A model generated the notes under the pieces. It was not told the origin of the DNA. It searched no databases and saw only the letters and a list, made by a program, of their open reading frames with translations. From Vulcanimicrobiota bacterium (lineage in GTDB: Bacteria > Vulcanimicrobiota > Xenobia > Xenobiales > JADMJV01), in contig JBFWNU010000001.1 of the NCBI GenBank assembly GCA_050250895.1, positions 584,008 through 648,007 of the forward strand: a DNA stretch of 64,000 bases, read 5' to 3'. Of the stretch, positions 29,211 through 38,983 are shown piece by piece. The position numbers and the translations under genes were made by a program. Position 1 is the stretch's first letter. Each line of letters starts with the position of its first letter.

Positions 29211-29416
29211 CCCAGAGGGCGACAGGGAGCGGCTTCGCCGAGCTATCGCCTGCGGCGACGAGGAGCGGCGGAGCCGAGAACCTCGCAACATAAGAAAGGG
29301 TGCCTTTCGGCACCCCTCTCGAGGCGAGCTCAGCGAGCCTCGCTGCTTATCCCGGCCCGCAGGGCCGCTCCTGCTCCTTCAAGCGAAGCGAAGAACTCCT
29401 CGGCCGCAAAGCGGCC
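29211..29416. repeat. Palindromic intergenic repeat element (REP-like)
   Basis: 29217-29232 identical to 59145-59160; 29318-29356 closely matches 35246-35286. Confidence 0.6.
29292..29316 (-). terminator. Intrinsic terminator of the icd-like gene
   Basis: Minus strand GGGTGCC-GAAA-GGCACCC-TTTCTT. Confidence 0.8.
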
Positions 29417-30520
29417 CTAGCTGGCTACGCCGGCTTTCATCTGCTCGATGATGGCGTCGGCCACCTGCGAGGTGCCTACGGCCGTGGGATCGTTGCGGTC
29501 GGCTTTCATGTCGTAGGTGACTTTGTCGCCTTTGCGGATGACTTCGGCCATGGCCCGGTCGAGGCGCTGGGCGGCTTCTTTTTCGCCCAGGTATTCGAGC
29601 ATCAAGACGCCCGAGAACATCATTGCCATCGGGTTGATCTTGTTCTGGCCGGCATACTTGGGCGCACTGCCGTGGACGGGCTCGAAGAGAGCGTAGTCGT
29701 CGCCCAGGTTGGCGCTGGGAGCGATACCCAGACCGCCGACCAGACCGGCGCACAGGTCGCTGAGGATGTCGCCGAACAGGTTGGGCAGCACCAAAATGTC
29801 ATAATCCTCGGGCTTTTGCACCAGCTGCATGCACATGTTGTCGACGATACGATCGTCGAATTGGATATCGGGGTAATCCTTGGCGATCTCACCGGCCACT
29901 TGCAGGAAGAGGCCGTCGGTGAACTTACAGATGTTGGCTTTGTGCACTGCGGTCACGCGCTTGCGACCATTGGCGCGGGCGTACTCGAAAGCGCGCTTGA
30001 CGATACGGGTGGTGCCGTAGACCGAAATCACCTTGAAGGTGACGGCCGCGTCTTCGCGGATGTCCATACCGGCGAAGTCCTTGACAGCCTTACGGAACTT
30101 CTCCATTTCAGGGCTGCCCTTTTCGAACTCGAGCCCGGCGTAAAGATCTTCGTGGTTCTCGCGAAAACAGATCAGATCGATGTCTTCGTAGCGAGTGCGC
30201 ACGCCTTTGTAGTATTTGGCGGGGCGCAAGTTGGCATACAGGTCGAGCTCTTTGCGCAAAGCCACGTTGACCGAGCGGAAGCCCGAGCCGATGGGCGTGC
30301 CGATTGGGCCTTTGATCCCGATCTTGTTCTTGCGAATCGAGTTGAGCACGTGCTCCGGCAGCGGCGTGCCGTGCTCCTCGAGAGCCTGCTGACCGGCGAT
30401 CTGCTCGTCCCACTCGAATTTCACTCCGGTGGCCTCGAGGACGCGGACGGTCGCCTCGGCGATCTCAGGGCCGGTTCCATCTCCGGGTATCAGCGTTACT
30501 TTGTAGCTCAACTTGGCCAC
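29417..30520 (-). CDS. Isocitrate/isopropylmalate dehydrogenase family (likely NAD-dependent isocitrate dehydrogenase)
   Basis: IPGDGTGPE, SVNVALR, HKANI, PNLFGDILSD, EPVHGSAPKYAG. Confidence 0.92.
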   Translation of the reverse strand: MAKLSYKVTLIPGDGTGPEIAEATVRVLEATGVKFEWDEQIAGQQALEEHGTPLPEHVLNSIRKNKIGIKGPIGTPIGSGFRSVNVALRKELDLYANLRPAKYYKGVRTRYEDIDLICFRENHEDLYAGLEFEKGSPEMEKFRKAVKDFAGMDIREDAAVTFKVISVYGTTRIVKRAFEYARANGRKRVTAVHKANICKFTDGLFLQVAGEIAKDYPDIQFDDRIVDNMCMQLVQKPEDYDILVLPNLFGDILSDLCAGLVGGLGIAPSANLGDDYALFEPVHGSAPKYAGQNKINPMAMMFSGVLMLEYLGEKEAAQRLDRAMAEVIRKGDKVTYDMKADRNDPTAVGTSQVADAIIEQMKAGVAS

Positions 30521-30601
30521 CTCTCTCTTCTCTCTATTCTAGGCGGGGTCTGGCTGCGACCGTCGCTTGTGTATAGTATTCCGAAGGGCGACGAGATCCT
30601 G

Positions 30602-31942
30602 CTAAATTGTATTTTGGCCACTAAGTCGCCAGACCCCCCGCAGGCGACCGAGCCGGATGTTGACCGTCGACAGTACCGCGTCTCCTCGGCCTCTAGCCAT
30701 GACCCCCAGAACGAGACCCCCCGCGGCGCCGCTCACGGCTCCAAAGAGACCGGCCGCCGGACCACCAAGAATGCCCAGATAGAGGCCTCCAGTCGTGGCC
30801 AGGCCACCGATCATCTTGGCCCACGGCACCGGCGGCGTCAGCGAGTGCATATAGCGAGTCATCACGGGCTGGTGGGCCACGAAGGCCAGCACCAACTGTT
30901 GAAAGCGCTCCTCAAAAGCCTTGTCCCGAACCACTCTCATGGTCGACAGGTCAAAATCCAGTCCGTCTACGCTCAGATAAAGCTCGAGCCCGGGGCAGGT
31001 CTGGGTGAGATGGTCTTGCTCGACCACCACACCGTGATGACAAAAGTAGACCGGGATGGGCTTGGGTGGAGGCCAGTACTGCGTGATCGAGCCCCCGGCC
31101 AAAAAGGGCCCCAGGGCAGACGCGTCGGGCGGTTGGATGTGCCGAATCAGCGTCCCTTCTGCCCCGGGCCTGCGGTTCACGAAGATGCCCGGCTCGTCTT
31201 CGGTAGCCGGGTCGTGAGCTCGATAGTTGGGGCGAAAGCCGTCGCCCGAGGGCGAAGCCAGATGAAACTCGGAGGCAAAGAACGAGCCGGGCGGGGGTGA
31301 GCCCACCAGCTTGGGAAAATGGCGCGGCAGTTCGTAGCCGTCGAGTCGAATCGGCATGGGCGACATCCAGCAGCGCTCGGTGAGAGCACTGATCTCGTCG
31401 ACCGTCTGGGTGAGAGTAGCCCGCAACGAGTCGCCCAACTTCCATTCCTCGCCCGCCTTATGCAACTCGAAGAGGTAGGTGGTCTCGCCTTCGATCGTGG
31501 CCGGCTGCGTCTCCACCACACCGAGTTCGGTGCCATCGGGGCGGATGGTAAACTGACGATTCTTGTCGGCCGAGATTTGAGCGAAAGACATCGATTCGGG
31601 CACCCGGGCCAAGGAGGCCCGCATGCCCGTGATCAAGTGACGCAAGCTCCAGTCCGAGGCGATCCGCCCCGAAAAAAGCTCTTGCAGGACCTGGTCACAA
31701 TCAAAGGCAGGCGGGGCGGAAAAGGCCACCCGCAGGCGCCGGCGATTGACCCGGATGCTGAACGAAGAAGCCCCGGCCGACACCGCTGCCTGCACCATTT
31801 TGACCAGCCACAAACCGGGTTGTTCGAGTTGATGGCGGGCGAGCTTGGCCAGGGCGCGGCTGGGGTCGAGGGTGATCTGGCCGGTCGACTCCAACACCCC
31901 CTGGTCGTGCTGGGCCCTGAGAAAATCCTCGAGGGGGTTCAT
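30602..31942 (-). CDS. Hypothetical membrane protein with degenerate GHKL-like N-terminus
   Basis: STGQITLD...KLARHQL...WLVKMVQAAVSAGA; two C-terminal Gly-rich TM segments. Confidence 0.65.
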   Translation of the reverse strand: MNPLEDFLRAQHDQGVLESTGQITLDPSRALAKLARHQLEQPGLWLVKMVQAAVSAGASSFSIRVNRRRLRVAFSAPPAFDCDQVLQELFSGRIASDWSLRHLITGMRASLARVPESMSFAQISADKNRQFTIRPDGTELGVVETQPATIEGETTYLFELHKAGEEWKLGDSLRATLTQTVDEISALTERCWMSPMPIRLDGYELPRHFPKLVGSPPPGSFFASEFHLASPSGDGFRPNYRAHDPATEDEPGIFVNRRPGAEGTLIRHIQPPDASALGPFLAGGSITQYWPPPKPIPVYFCHHGVVVEQDHLTQTCPGLELYLSVDGLDFDLSTMRVVRDKAFEERFQQLVLAFVAHQPVMTRYMHSLTPPVPWAKMIGGLATTGGLYLGILGGPAAGLFGAVSGAAGGLVLGVMARGRGDAVLSTVNIRLGRLRGVWRLSGQNTI

Positions 31943-32790
31943 CCGCGGCCGGGCTCGGGCTTGCTCGGATAAAGAATCTGAATCTCGATAACGTCGCCCT
32001 GACCCAGCATGAAACCGATGCCCAGACCGGGATAGGAATGGAAGGCATCGTTCGTTTTGAAATCTTTCCCGAAAGCCCTGACGACTTCGTCCTTATGGGA
32101 GCCGATCTTGACGCCCTGCTTGGTGATGAAATCGCCGGTGGTCAACATGATGGCGTCGATGCGACCGCCGATGACCACGAAGCGCACGCCGTGCTGGCGA
32201 TAAGCGATGATCTCCCCGCTGTGGTTGGAAAGGTCGGAGCGATGGTCCGGCTTGCCCCAGGCCTTTTCTACAGCCGCAAAGGGCGAGCCCAACTGAAGAT
32301 CGCCGACCCGTTTGCCGGGCACGACCAGACGGTCGCCCAAAAGCGGCCGGTCCTTCTCGGGCTTGACCACATAAATGTGGGTCACCTTGCCGGCTTGGAA
32401 GCTAAACGAGATGCCTCGCTCGGGATAGGAAACGTTGCCCGTCCCCCGGGCCAGGCCGGCGCCATAGAGCTTGCGCACGGTGGCTTCGGGCGTGCCCACC
32501 CGGATCGACTCGGCGGTGGCATAGCTTGACGAGGTGACGGTGATTCCCAGGACGTTCTTGCTGGCATCGATGAGCAGAGCCATTCCGCGGGCGTCATAGA
32601 ACTGCATAGAAGCCTTCTTGTCAGACTCGGCCTCGTTCACCCGTGAAGGTTTGCCGAGCACCTTCTGCGCCTCGCTGACGGGCTGACCGATACGAATGTC
32701 CCCGGCGCGCTTGCCTCCCACGATGGTGGTGTCGGCGCAAACCGGCAGGACCAGAAAGGCGGATAGGACGATGGCTAGTAGAGTGCGCAT
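31939..32790 (-). CDS. Secreted protein with two tandem repeated domains
   Basis: Signal peptide MRTLLAIVLSAFLVLPVCA; halves IVGGKRAGDIRIG..LGKP..YPERGISF and VVPGKRVGDLQLG..WGKP..YPGLGIGF. Confidence 0.75.
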   Translation of the reverse strand: MRTLLAIVLSAFLVLPVCADTTIVGGKRAGDIRIGQPVSEAQKVLGKPSRVNEAESDKKASMQFYDARGMALLIDASKNVLGITVTSSSYATAESIRVGTPEATVRKLYGAGLARGTGNVSYPERGISFSFQAGKVTHIYVVKPEKDRPLLGDRLVVPGKRVGDLQLGSPFAAVEKAWGKPDHRSDLSNHSGEIIAYRQHGVRFVVIGGRIDAIMLTTGDFITKQGVKIGSHKDEVVRAFGKDFKTNDAFHSYPGLGIGFMLGQGDVIEIQILYPSKPEPGRG

Positions 32791-32816
32791 GGCCCGCTGT
32801 TTCGCGAACCGGCCGT

Positions 32817-33302
32817 TTACGGCCTCCAGGGTTCGACGTTGAACTCTACGGACAGTCGGTCTTTGCACTGGTGCGCGTAGATGCAAACCCGGCCGATCAG
32901 ATCGACGGCCTCACCAGGATCCAGGTCCTTGAGCGGACGCAGGGCCACCACATAGACGTCTTCGCCGATGGTGGCCAGACTGGCCGTCACCATCTCGGCG
33001 TTGAAGTCGAGCAGGCGGCGATAGAAGCTCTCGAGCGCCCCTTCGGGAATCTTGACCAGTGGAGAACTGACCCTGATATAGCCCGTCTCGCCGGCTTGAA
33101 AGACGCTAATCACCAACATCTGATGGGGCGAAAACGGCAGCATCCACGAGCACGAGTCTTCTTCGTCGGTGAGCACGTGGCGGCCCGGATCCACGCCGTG
33201 AGAGCGCAGCAGATTCTCGACCAAAAGACGGGACTGAATCAGGGCACTACCTGGCCGAAAGATCTTGACGACCGAGGAGCCGTCTGACGAGGTTACCGAC
33301 AC
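32817..33302 (-). CDS. YbjN/CesT-like (type III secretion chaperone fold) protein
   Basis: About 160 aa; IRVSSPLVKIP, FYRRLLDFNA, RPLKDLDPGE and C-terminal amphipathic helix; start approximate. Confidence 0.7.
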   Translation of the reverse strand: MSVTSSDGSSVVKIFRPGSALIQSRLLVENLLRSHGVDPGRHVLTDEEDSCSWMLPFSPHQMLVISVFQAGETGYIRVSSPLVKIPEGALESFYRRLLDFNAEMVTASLATIGEDVYVVALRPLKDLDPGEAVDLIGRVCIYAHQCKDRLSVEFNVEPWRP

Positions 33303-33388
33303 GCCATGAGAATTCGACAAATGGGGAGTTTCAGCCTTTGCCTCGAAGGATATGATAGTCTCCAGACCAAGGTTTGTAAGGAGAGGAC

Positions 33389-35179
33389 ATGACCATCGCC
33401 CAGGACAACGCAACACAATACGCGGGGGGAAGCTTTTTGCTGGAGGACTTTCCTCCGGCAGAACTGTTCACGCCCGACGAGCTGTCGGAAGAACACCGAA
33501 TGATTCGGGCCACCGCCGAGCGTTTCATGCTCGAAGAGGTCATGCCCAATGTCGATCGGATCGAGAGCAAAGACCTCGACTTCATGCGCAGCGTGCTGAG
33601 AAAGGCCGCCGACCTTGGTCTGTTGGGAGCCGAAATTCCCGAACGTTACGGCGGTCTTGCCCTCGACCTGCTGTCGCTGATGCTGATCGGGGAACAGATC
33701 TCGCGCCTGGCCTCTTTCTCGGTCTCGTTTGGCGCCCACGCCGGGATCGGCACGGCCCCCGTGCTCTACTTCGGCAACGAGCAGCAAAAGAGCAAGTACC
33801 TGCCCCTGCTGGCCAGCGGCGAGTTGCTCTCGTCGTATGCCCTGACCGAGCCCCATTCGGGCTCGGATGCTCTGGCCGCCCGGACTAAGGCCGTGCTCTC
33901 GGAAGACGGCACCCACTACATTCTCAACGGCAACAAAATGTGGATCACCAACGGCGGCTTCGCCGACCTGTCGATGGTCTTTGCCAAGGTCGACGGCGAC
34001 AAGTTCACCTGCTTCATCGTCGAGACCGCCTGGGAGGGCTTCGCCCCCGCCTCGGAAGAGAAAAAGATGGGCCTCAACGGCTCCTCGACCACGGGTCTGG
34101 TGCTCGAGAACGTCAAAGTGCCCGTCGAGAATGTCGTCGGCGAGATCGGCAAAGGTCATAAAGTGGCCCTCAACGTGCTCAACATCGGCCGCTTCAAACT
34201 GGGAGCCTGGTGCATCGCTGGCGCCAAGTTCGCCATCAACGACGCGATCAGCTACGCCCGCGAGCGCACTCAGTTCGGCAAGCACCTCCACGAGTTCGGC
34301 GCCATCAAGCAAAAGTTTGGGCAGATGCTGGTCTACACCTGGATCGGCGACGCCATGAACTATCGCACCGCTGGCCTCATCGACCGCAGTCTCAAGGCCC
34401 TCGACCCCGAAGACTACTCTGGTATCCTCAAGGGCATCGAAGAGTACGTCATCGAATGCGCCGTGCTCAAGGTCAAATGCAGTGAATTCCTCGACTTCGT
34501 GGTCGACGAGTGTGTCCAGATCTTCGGCGGCTACGGCTACTCTCGCGAGTATCCGGCCGAGCGCGCCTATCGCGACTCGCGCATCAACCGCATCTTCGAA
34601 GGCACCAACGAGATCAACCGCCTGACCATCACCGGCATGCTCTTGAAGCGCGCCATGGCCGGCCGCCTGATGCTGATGGACAGCCTGATGGAGATCCAGA
34701 CCGAACTCGAGCAAGGCGTCACCGAAGAGGCCGCCGCGGGCCCCATCGGCGCCGAGCGCGCCCTGGTCAAGGCCAGCAAGAAGGCCACCCTGTTGGCCGC
34801 CGGACTGGCCATCAACACCGTGGGCTTCGACCAGCCCGAAGAGAAACACCAGGAAGTGCTGATGCGCATCGCCGACCTGGTCATGGAAGTCTTCGCCCAG
34901 GACAGCGGCTGGCTGCGGTGCCAGAAGCTCGTCGACCAGCGGGGCGAGGCCGACAACGCCCTGCAGATCGATATCACTCGTGTCTTCATCCACCAGTCGG
35001 TTGCGCGCGTTCATCAGCTGGCCCGCCAGTTGCTGGCCGACGTGGTCGCCGACCCGGCCGAACTGAAGATGCACCTGGGCGCCATCGACCGCCTGATGGC
35101 TCACACCCCCATCAACACCGTCGAACCGCTGCGCCGCCTGGCCGACCGCGCCATCGAACTGGGACGCTATCCGTTCTAG
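33389..35179 (+). CDS. Acyl-CoA dehydrogenase (long form with C-terminal extension)
   Basis: YALTEPHSGSDA, KMWITN, ERTQFG, QIFGGYGY, RIFEGTNEI. Confidence 0.95.
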   Translation: MTIAQDNATQYAGGSFLLEDFPPAELFTPDELSEEHRMIRATAERFMLEEVMPNVDRIESKDLDFMRSVLRKAADLGLLGAEIPERYGGLALDLLSLMLIGEQISRLASFSVSFGAHAGIGTAPVLYFGNEQQKSKYLPLLASGELLSSYALTEPHSGSDALAARTKAVLSEDGTHYILNGNKMWITNGGFADLSMVFAKVDGDKFTCFIVETAWEGFAPASEEKKMGLNGSSTTGLVLENVKVPVENVVGEIGKGHKVALNVLNIGRFKLGAWCIAGAKFAINDAISYARERTQFGKHLHEFGAIKQKFGQMLVYTWIGDAMNYRTAGLIDRSLKALDPEDYSGILKGIEEYVIECAVLKVKCSEFLDFVVDECVQIFGGYGYSREYPAERAYRDSRINRIFEGTNEINRLTITGMLLKRAMAGRLMLMDSLMEIQTELEQGVTEEAAAGPIGAERALVKASKKATLLAAGLAINTVGFDQPEEKHQEVLMRIADLVMEVFAQDSGWLRCQKLVDQRGEADNALQIDITRVFIHQSVARVHQLARQLLADVVADPAELKMHLGAIDRLMAHTPINTVEPLRRLADRAIELGRYPF

Positions 35180-35181
35180 TT

Positions 35182-35206
35182 TGACGGTAGTCGTCAGACG
35201 GTAGAG
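35182..35206 (+). repeat. Heptamer repeat (AGACGGT family)
   Basis: TGACGGT AGTCGTC AGACGGT AGAG directly after the stop codon. Confidence 0.85.
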
Positions 35207-35343
35207 CCCCGGCAACGCCGGGAATAGGGAGCCTCGGAGATCCGTCTCGAAGCGAGCGACAGCGAGCTTCGCTCCTCTTTCCCGGCAAGGCCGGGCTCCT
35301 CTCTCGGCCGAAGGCCGCTCCCCTCTCGCTGGCCCAGCCAGCG
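35207..35343. repeat. Palindromic intergenic repeat element (REP-like)
   Basis: Multiple short hairpins; CTCGAAGCGAGCGACAGCGAGCTTCGCTCCTCTTTCCCGGC matches 29318-29356. Confidence 0.6.
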
Positions 35344-36354
35344 TCAGGTTTGGCGCCAGGGTCGGTAGTCGTCGGGATGGTCGAAGCCGAAGGTCCAGGC
35401 CACCGCCTGGTGACAGTTCTTCATGTCGGGGGGAACGCGCAGCTGCGTCGTCTTGCCCGTAGAGGGGCAGGTCACCAGCACCAACATCAAGGGTTCATCC
35501 TCCATGGGCACTTCGACCAGACGGCGCGGGTAGCCTGAGGGCTCGAGGTCGAAATCGACCAGGCGACACGGTAGTTCTGCCAGGATGCGCTCGTAGCCGA
35601 TCAGCTCGATCAGCAAGTCGCGCCAGCCATCGCGAGCGTCAAGCAGGGCTGAGGCCGGAATCTGGGCCGGGTCTTTCAGGTGGGCGGGCAGAGCCTGGCC
35701 GTGGTTGGCCCAGAAGCCTGTGCCATCAGTCCATTGTAGCGCCGGTCGCCCGCGCGAATGAAGACGTCCTTCGGGGTCAAGATGAATGGCTCGAGGCGGC
35801 CGCAGGGCGATGACCTCGCCGGGCAACAACCAGGCACACCAGACGCCGGCTTCGATGACCCGACCGGCCAATTGCTCGAGCAGGCTGCCGGTGCCCGAGC
35901 GGCTGTGGTAGACCAGCCTCGGGGCCGTGGGCGTGGTCAGTCCAAGGGTCTGTGACCACAAGGCCAGGGCCACGTGTGCTTGAGCGGCCCGGGGCAGCAA
36001 CCAGGTGAGAGCCAGACGTTCTTTCCATCCAGCCACGGCCGCCGCCATGGTGGCTTGTTCCTGGTGCAACCCCGCGAGCCGAGCCGAAGCCAGCAGCGGC
36101 AACCGTCCGAAAGGCTCGAAGGTCCGGGCCGCCGCCTCGAGGGATTCTACCTCGATGACGGCTGGGGCGGGTTGGCGCAGGCCGCGCTGATAAAAGTCGA
36201 CCAGAGTGGCCTTGACCTGGTCGGTAGCCGCAAAACGGCCCCGCGCGAACTCCTGGCTGACGGCGGCCTCGTGCCGGCCGTGGTCCCGCCAACGGTCCAG
36301 ATAGGCACCGGCCTCGCGCCCCAATCGGCGGACTTTGCGGGCAAGGTCAATCAT
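35344..36354 (-). CDS. DUF6745-like protein
   Basis: From ATG 36354; GRLHSRGRPALQWTDG..HG and VTCPSTG..LRVPP..AVAWTFG motifs. Confidence 0.75.
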   Translation of the reverse strand: MIDLARKVRRLGREAGAYLDRWRDHGRHEAAVSQEFARGRFAATDQVKATLVDFYQRGLRQPAPAVIEVESLEAAARTFEPFGRLPLLASARLAGLHQEQATMAAAVAGWKERLALTWLLPRAAQAHVALALWSQTLGLTTPTAPRLVYHSRSGTGSLLEQLAGRVIEAGVWCAWLLPGEVIALRPPRAIHLDPEGRLHSRGRPALQWTDGTGFWANHGQALPAHLKDPAQIPASALLDARDGWRDLLIELIGYERILAELPCRLVDFDLEPSGYPRRLVEVPMEDEPLMLVLVTCPSTGKTTQLRVPPDMKNCHQAVAWTFGFDHPDDYRPWRQT

Positions 36355-36625
36355 AGGCGGGCCGGGGCCTCTGGGGAGCGTACTCTCGTTGGCGCCGCAC
36401 GGCGTAGCTGCCCGGCTCGAGTTCCAGGGCGCGGTGCTCGTCATGGAGCAGGGCGGTGGCGCGGGCGACGGTGACGAAGAGTTGTCCGGCCTGGTCCTCG
36501 CACAGGCGCCCTTCGGCCAGACGGTGGTCATGTTCGCCAGCCAACACCACCAGTCCATCGACGGGTCGGGAATACTCGGAAAGCTGATCCACGGGGATGA
36601 GAAGGAGATCTCCCTGACGTTGCAT
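36347..36625 (-). CDS. Small His-containing partner of the DUF6745-like protein
   Basis: RQGDLLL, LAGEHDH, HDEH, GSYAVRRQREY; overlaps the start of the DUF6745-like gene. Confidence 0.8.
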   Translation of the reverse strand: MQRQGDLLLIPVDQLSEYSRPVDGLVVLAGEHDHRLAEGRLCEDQAGQLFVTVARATALLHDEHRALELEPGSYAVRRQREYAPQRPRPAYD

Positions 36626-36709
36626 GGCTCAAGTATAGCACCCGCTTGGCCCGAGCGCCGGTAGCGGAGGTCACAGAAGGTCGGCTGCGCTCGCAAACCG
36701 AAGCATCTC

Positions 36710-37261
36710 TTGGGTGGCAGGATTTTGAGAATTCCAATCGCGATTTTTCTGGGTCTCGTTGCAGTCTTGTTGGCCATCCTGGGCCTCCACGAGATCGGTA
36801 CTCCCACCGCCACCCGCCCTGGCGATTTCGATGGCACCGTGGGCATCGAAGTCCTGATCGATTGGGCTCCCGACCTGCAACGGATCGAAGAGGATCGCAC
36901 GGCCTGGTGGTGGCCTGGATGTCGCCAAGCCAGGCACTTTTACTATGGCAAGACCGGCGAACAGTTGGTCTGGCTCGATGTGATGCGGACCACCTACTCT
37001 GACAAACGTGCTCTCGACCGCGAGTTCACGCGCCAGAGCCAGGGCACAAAACTGTCCCAAATGAGCGTTAACGGCCAGACCTATCGCCTCGAATCCTCGG
37101 CCGACAGCGACCCCGATTCGGCGCTCTTGCTATTTAGCTACAATGACGAGCCCGTCGGGCTGCGCATCCTCCAGCGGAGGGGGTTCGAACTGGTCAGCAC
37201 CACCTTGATCGGGCTTTTCCCCGTGAGTGCCGAAGCGCGCGCGCGACTGGTGGCCCAATGA
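36710..37261 (+). CDS. Hypothetical membrane-anchored protein
   Basis: N-terminal TM helix; ATGA overlap with the next gene. Confidence 0.6.
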   Translation: MGGRILRIPIAIFLGLVAVLLAILGLHEIGTPTATRPGDFDGTVGIEVLIDWAPDLQRIEEDRTAWWWPGCRQARHFYYGKTGEQLVWLDVMRTTYSDKRALDREFTRQSQGTKLSQMSVNGQTYRLESSADSDPDSALLLFSYNDEPVGLRILQRRGFELVSTTLIGLFPVSAEARARLVAQ

Positions 37262-38328
37262 GCTGGGACGAGCCCTGCCCCGACTGCACGATCCAGGACG
37301 GAAGTGTCGTCTGGTGCGAAAAGTGCCTGGCCGACAACCCCTACCGAACGAACCTGATAGACCAGCCGAAAATTGGTCGCGAGACCAACATCATGGAAAG
37401 TCCCTTCGCCACCGGCTGTCCTAACTGCGAAATCGTGCTGGGCTCGTTGGTGCCCTGCCAGCAATGCCTGGCCAAAGGCGTCCAGCCCGGTCCGGCCAGC
37501 GAAGAGAATCGCACCAGAACGGTGCCCGTTCAACTGGAAGACTTCGAGGTGCCCGAGAGCGGGCCGGCCCCCTGGACCATCAGCGCACCGGATCGCTGGC
37601 TGGGCGGAATCATGATCACCGTCAGCGCAATGTTCGTCCTCTATCTGCTTCTTGCCCTAACAGTGCAGCCCGCCACGACCAGGCCCATGCCGTTGCAGGC
37701 CCTTAAAGTAGGTGGAGTTGCCGCTCAAGCGGGCCCGCCCCGGGGGCCTGATAGCAAAGGCAAGCAACTGTTGCGCGAAGGGGCGCGACTCATCAATGAG
37801 GGCCGCATTGCCGACGGAGAAAGTCTTGTCCATCAGTCGATCGATGCCCTCCAACGGGAAGGAGCGCCCGACCAGACCCTGGCGGCTTCACATTTTTGGC
37901 TGGCCGTAGCCTATGAGCGTCAGGGTGACTCAGAGAAGGCTCGCCGGTCTCTACAGACGGCAACGTCCCTCGATCCAGACAATCCCAGTTACCAGTTGGC
38001 CCGAATCACCAGCCATCGCAAGGCAGCCGAACAAAGCCGAGAACAGAGCATCAAAGACGTCCACGCCGTGGCCGAGCAAGCCATTCAGGCCATTGGGCAA
38101 GGCCATCATGCCGAGGGAGAGGCGGCCTTGCGCGCCGTCTTACAGGATTATGAGACCCTGGAAGCCCCGCCCCAACTCAAGGCGCAAGCACATGCCTTTC
38201 TGGGAGCGGCTTTGGCCGCCCAGGAGAAAAAGGCCGAGGCCCGCCGCGAGTTGGAAGCGGCCATGCGGCTCGACCCCCAACCCCGCTACCAGCAGGGCCT
38301 CGACGCCCTAAACCCAGATGATGCATAG
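37258..38328 (+). CDS. Membrane protein with N-terminal CxxC clusters and C-terminal TPRs
   Basis: CPDC, CEKC, CPNC, CQQC; one TM; TPR helices ending SLDPDN and RLDPQP. Confidence 0.75.
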   Translation: MSWDEPCPDCTIQDGSVVWCEKCLADNPYRTNLIDQPKIGRETNIMESPFATGCPNCEIVLGSLVPCQQCLAKGVQPGPASEENRTRTVPVQLEDFEVPESGPAPWTISAPDRWLGGIMITVSAMFVLYLLLALTVQPATTRPMPLQALKVGGVAAQAGPPRGPDSKGKQLLREGARLINEGRIADGESLVHQSIDALQREGAPDQTLAASHFWLAVAYERQGDSEKARRSLQTATSLDPDNPSYQLARITSHRKAAEQSREQSIKDVHAVAEQAIQAIGQGHHAEGEAALRAVLQDYETLEAPPQLKAQAHAFLGAALAAQEKKAEARRELEAAMRLDPQPRYQQGLDALNPDDA

Positions 38329-38401
38329 CCGGGCCGCCGGATTGCGGCGCTAGCCCGCTCAAATGCAAGGAGCCGGCGCCGCGGTGGCGCACTTTCTGGG
38401 T

Positions 38402-38911
38402 TTACACTAACTGACGATAGCGAGCCGCCTTCTCGACATAGTGCGCGGCCCCATAGCGCACTCGCTCGAGTTCTTCAGGCTTGAGTGGCCGCACCGCCCG
38501 GGCGGGAGACCCCATGTAGAGTTGACCCGACTCGAGCCGGGCTCGCTCGGGCACCAGCGCCCCCGCGGCCACAATCACGTCATCGGGAATGTGAGCATGA
38601 TTGAGCACGGTCGCTCGAATACCCACCAGCACCCGGTTACCTACAGTGCAGCCGTGCAGGATGGCTCCGTGTCCGATGACACAGTCCTCCCCGACGGTCA
38701 CCGGTAGCCCGGGGTCGACATGCACGATACAGCCCTCTTGCAGGTTCGAGCGGGCTCCGATGGTGATCCGATCGTTGTCGCCTCGCAGCACCGCCCCAAA
38801 CCAGACCGAACTCTCGGCTTCGAGCACGACCTGACCAATCAAGGTTGCATTGGGAGCCACGAAAACACCCGCACCCAGGGAAGGGGAATTTTTTTCATAT
38901 TCGAGCAGCAT
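38402..38911 (-). CDS. Gamma-class carbonic anhydrase family protein
   Basis: VWFGAVLRGD, SNLQEGCIVH, IGHGAILHGC hexapeptide repeats. Confidence 0.93.
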   Translation of the reverse strand: MLLEYEKNSPSLGAGVFVAPNATLIGQVVLEAESSVWFGAVLRGDNDRITIGARSNLQEGCIVHVDPGLPVTVGEDCVIGHGAILHGCTVGNRVLVGIRATVLNHAHIPDDVIVAAGALVPERARLESGQLYMGSPARAVRPLKPEELERVRYGAAHYVEKAARYRQLV

Positions 38912-38983
38912 GGTTACGGGCGTTCTCGAGGCCGAACATCAGTCCTGCAGGTGCCTCGCGCGGCCGAATAGAAAGGCGGGCTG

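Noticed and set aside
27382-31300. 602-aa and 666-aa plus-strand ORFs
   Set aside because: Antisense to the subtilase and the icd-like gene.
33293-35215. 640-aa minus-strand ORF
   Set aside because: Antisense to the acyl-CoA dehydrogenase.
35344-36900. 518-aa version of the DUF6745-like ORF
   Set aside because: The upstream extension overlaps two better-supported genes; the real start is probably 36354.
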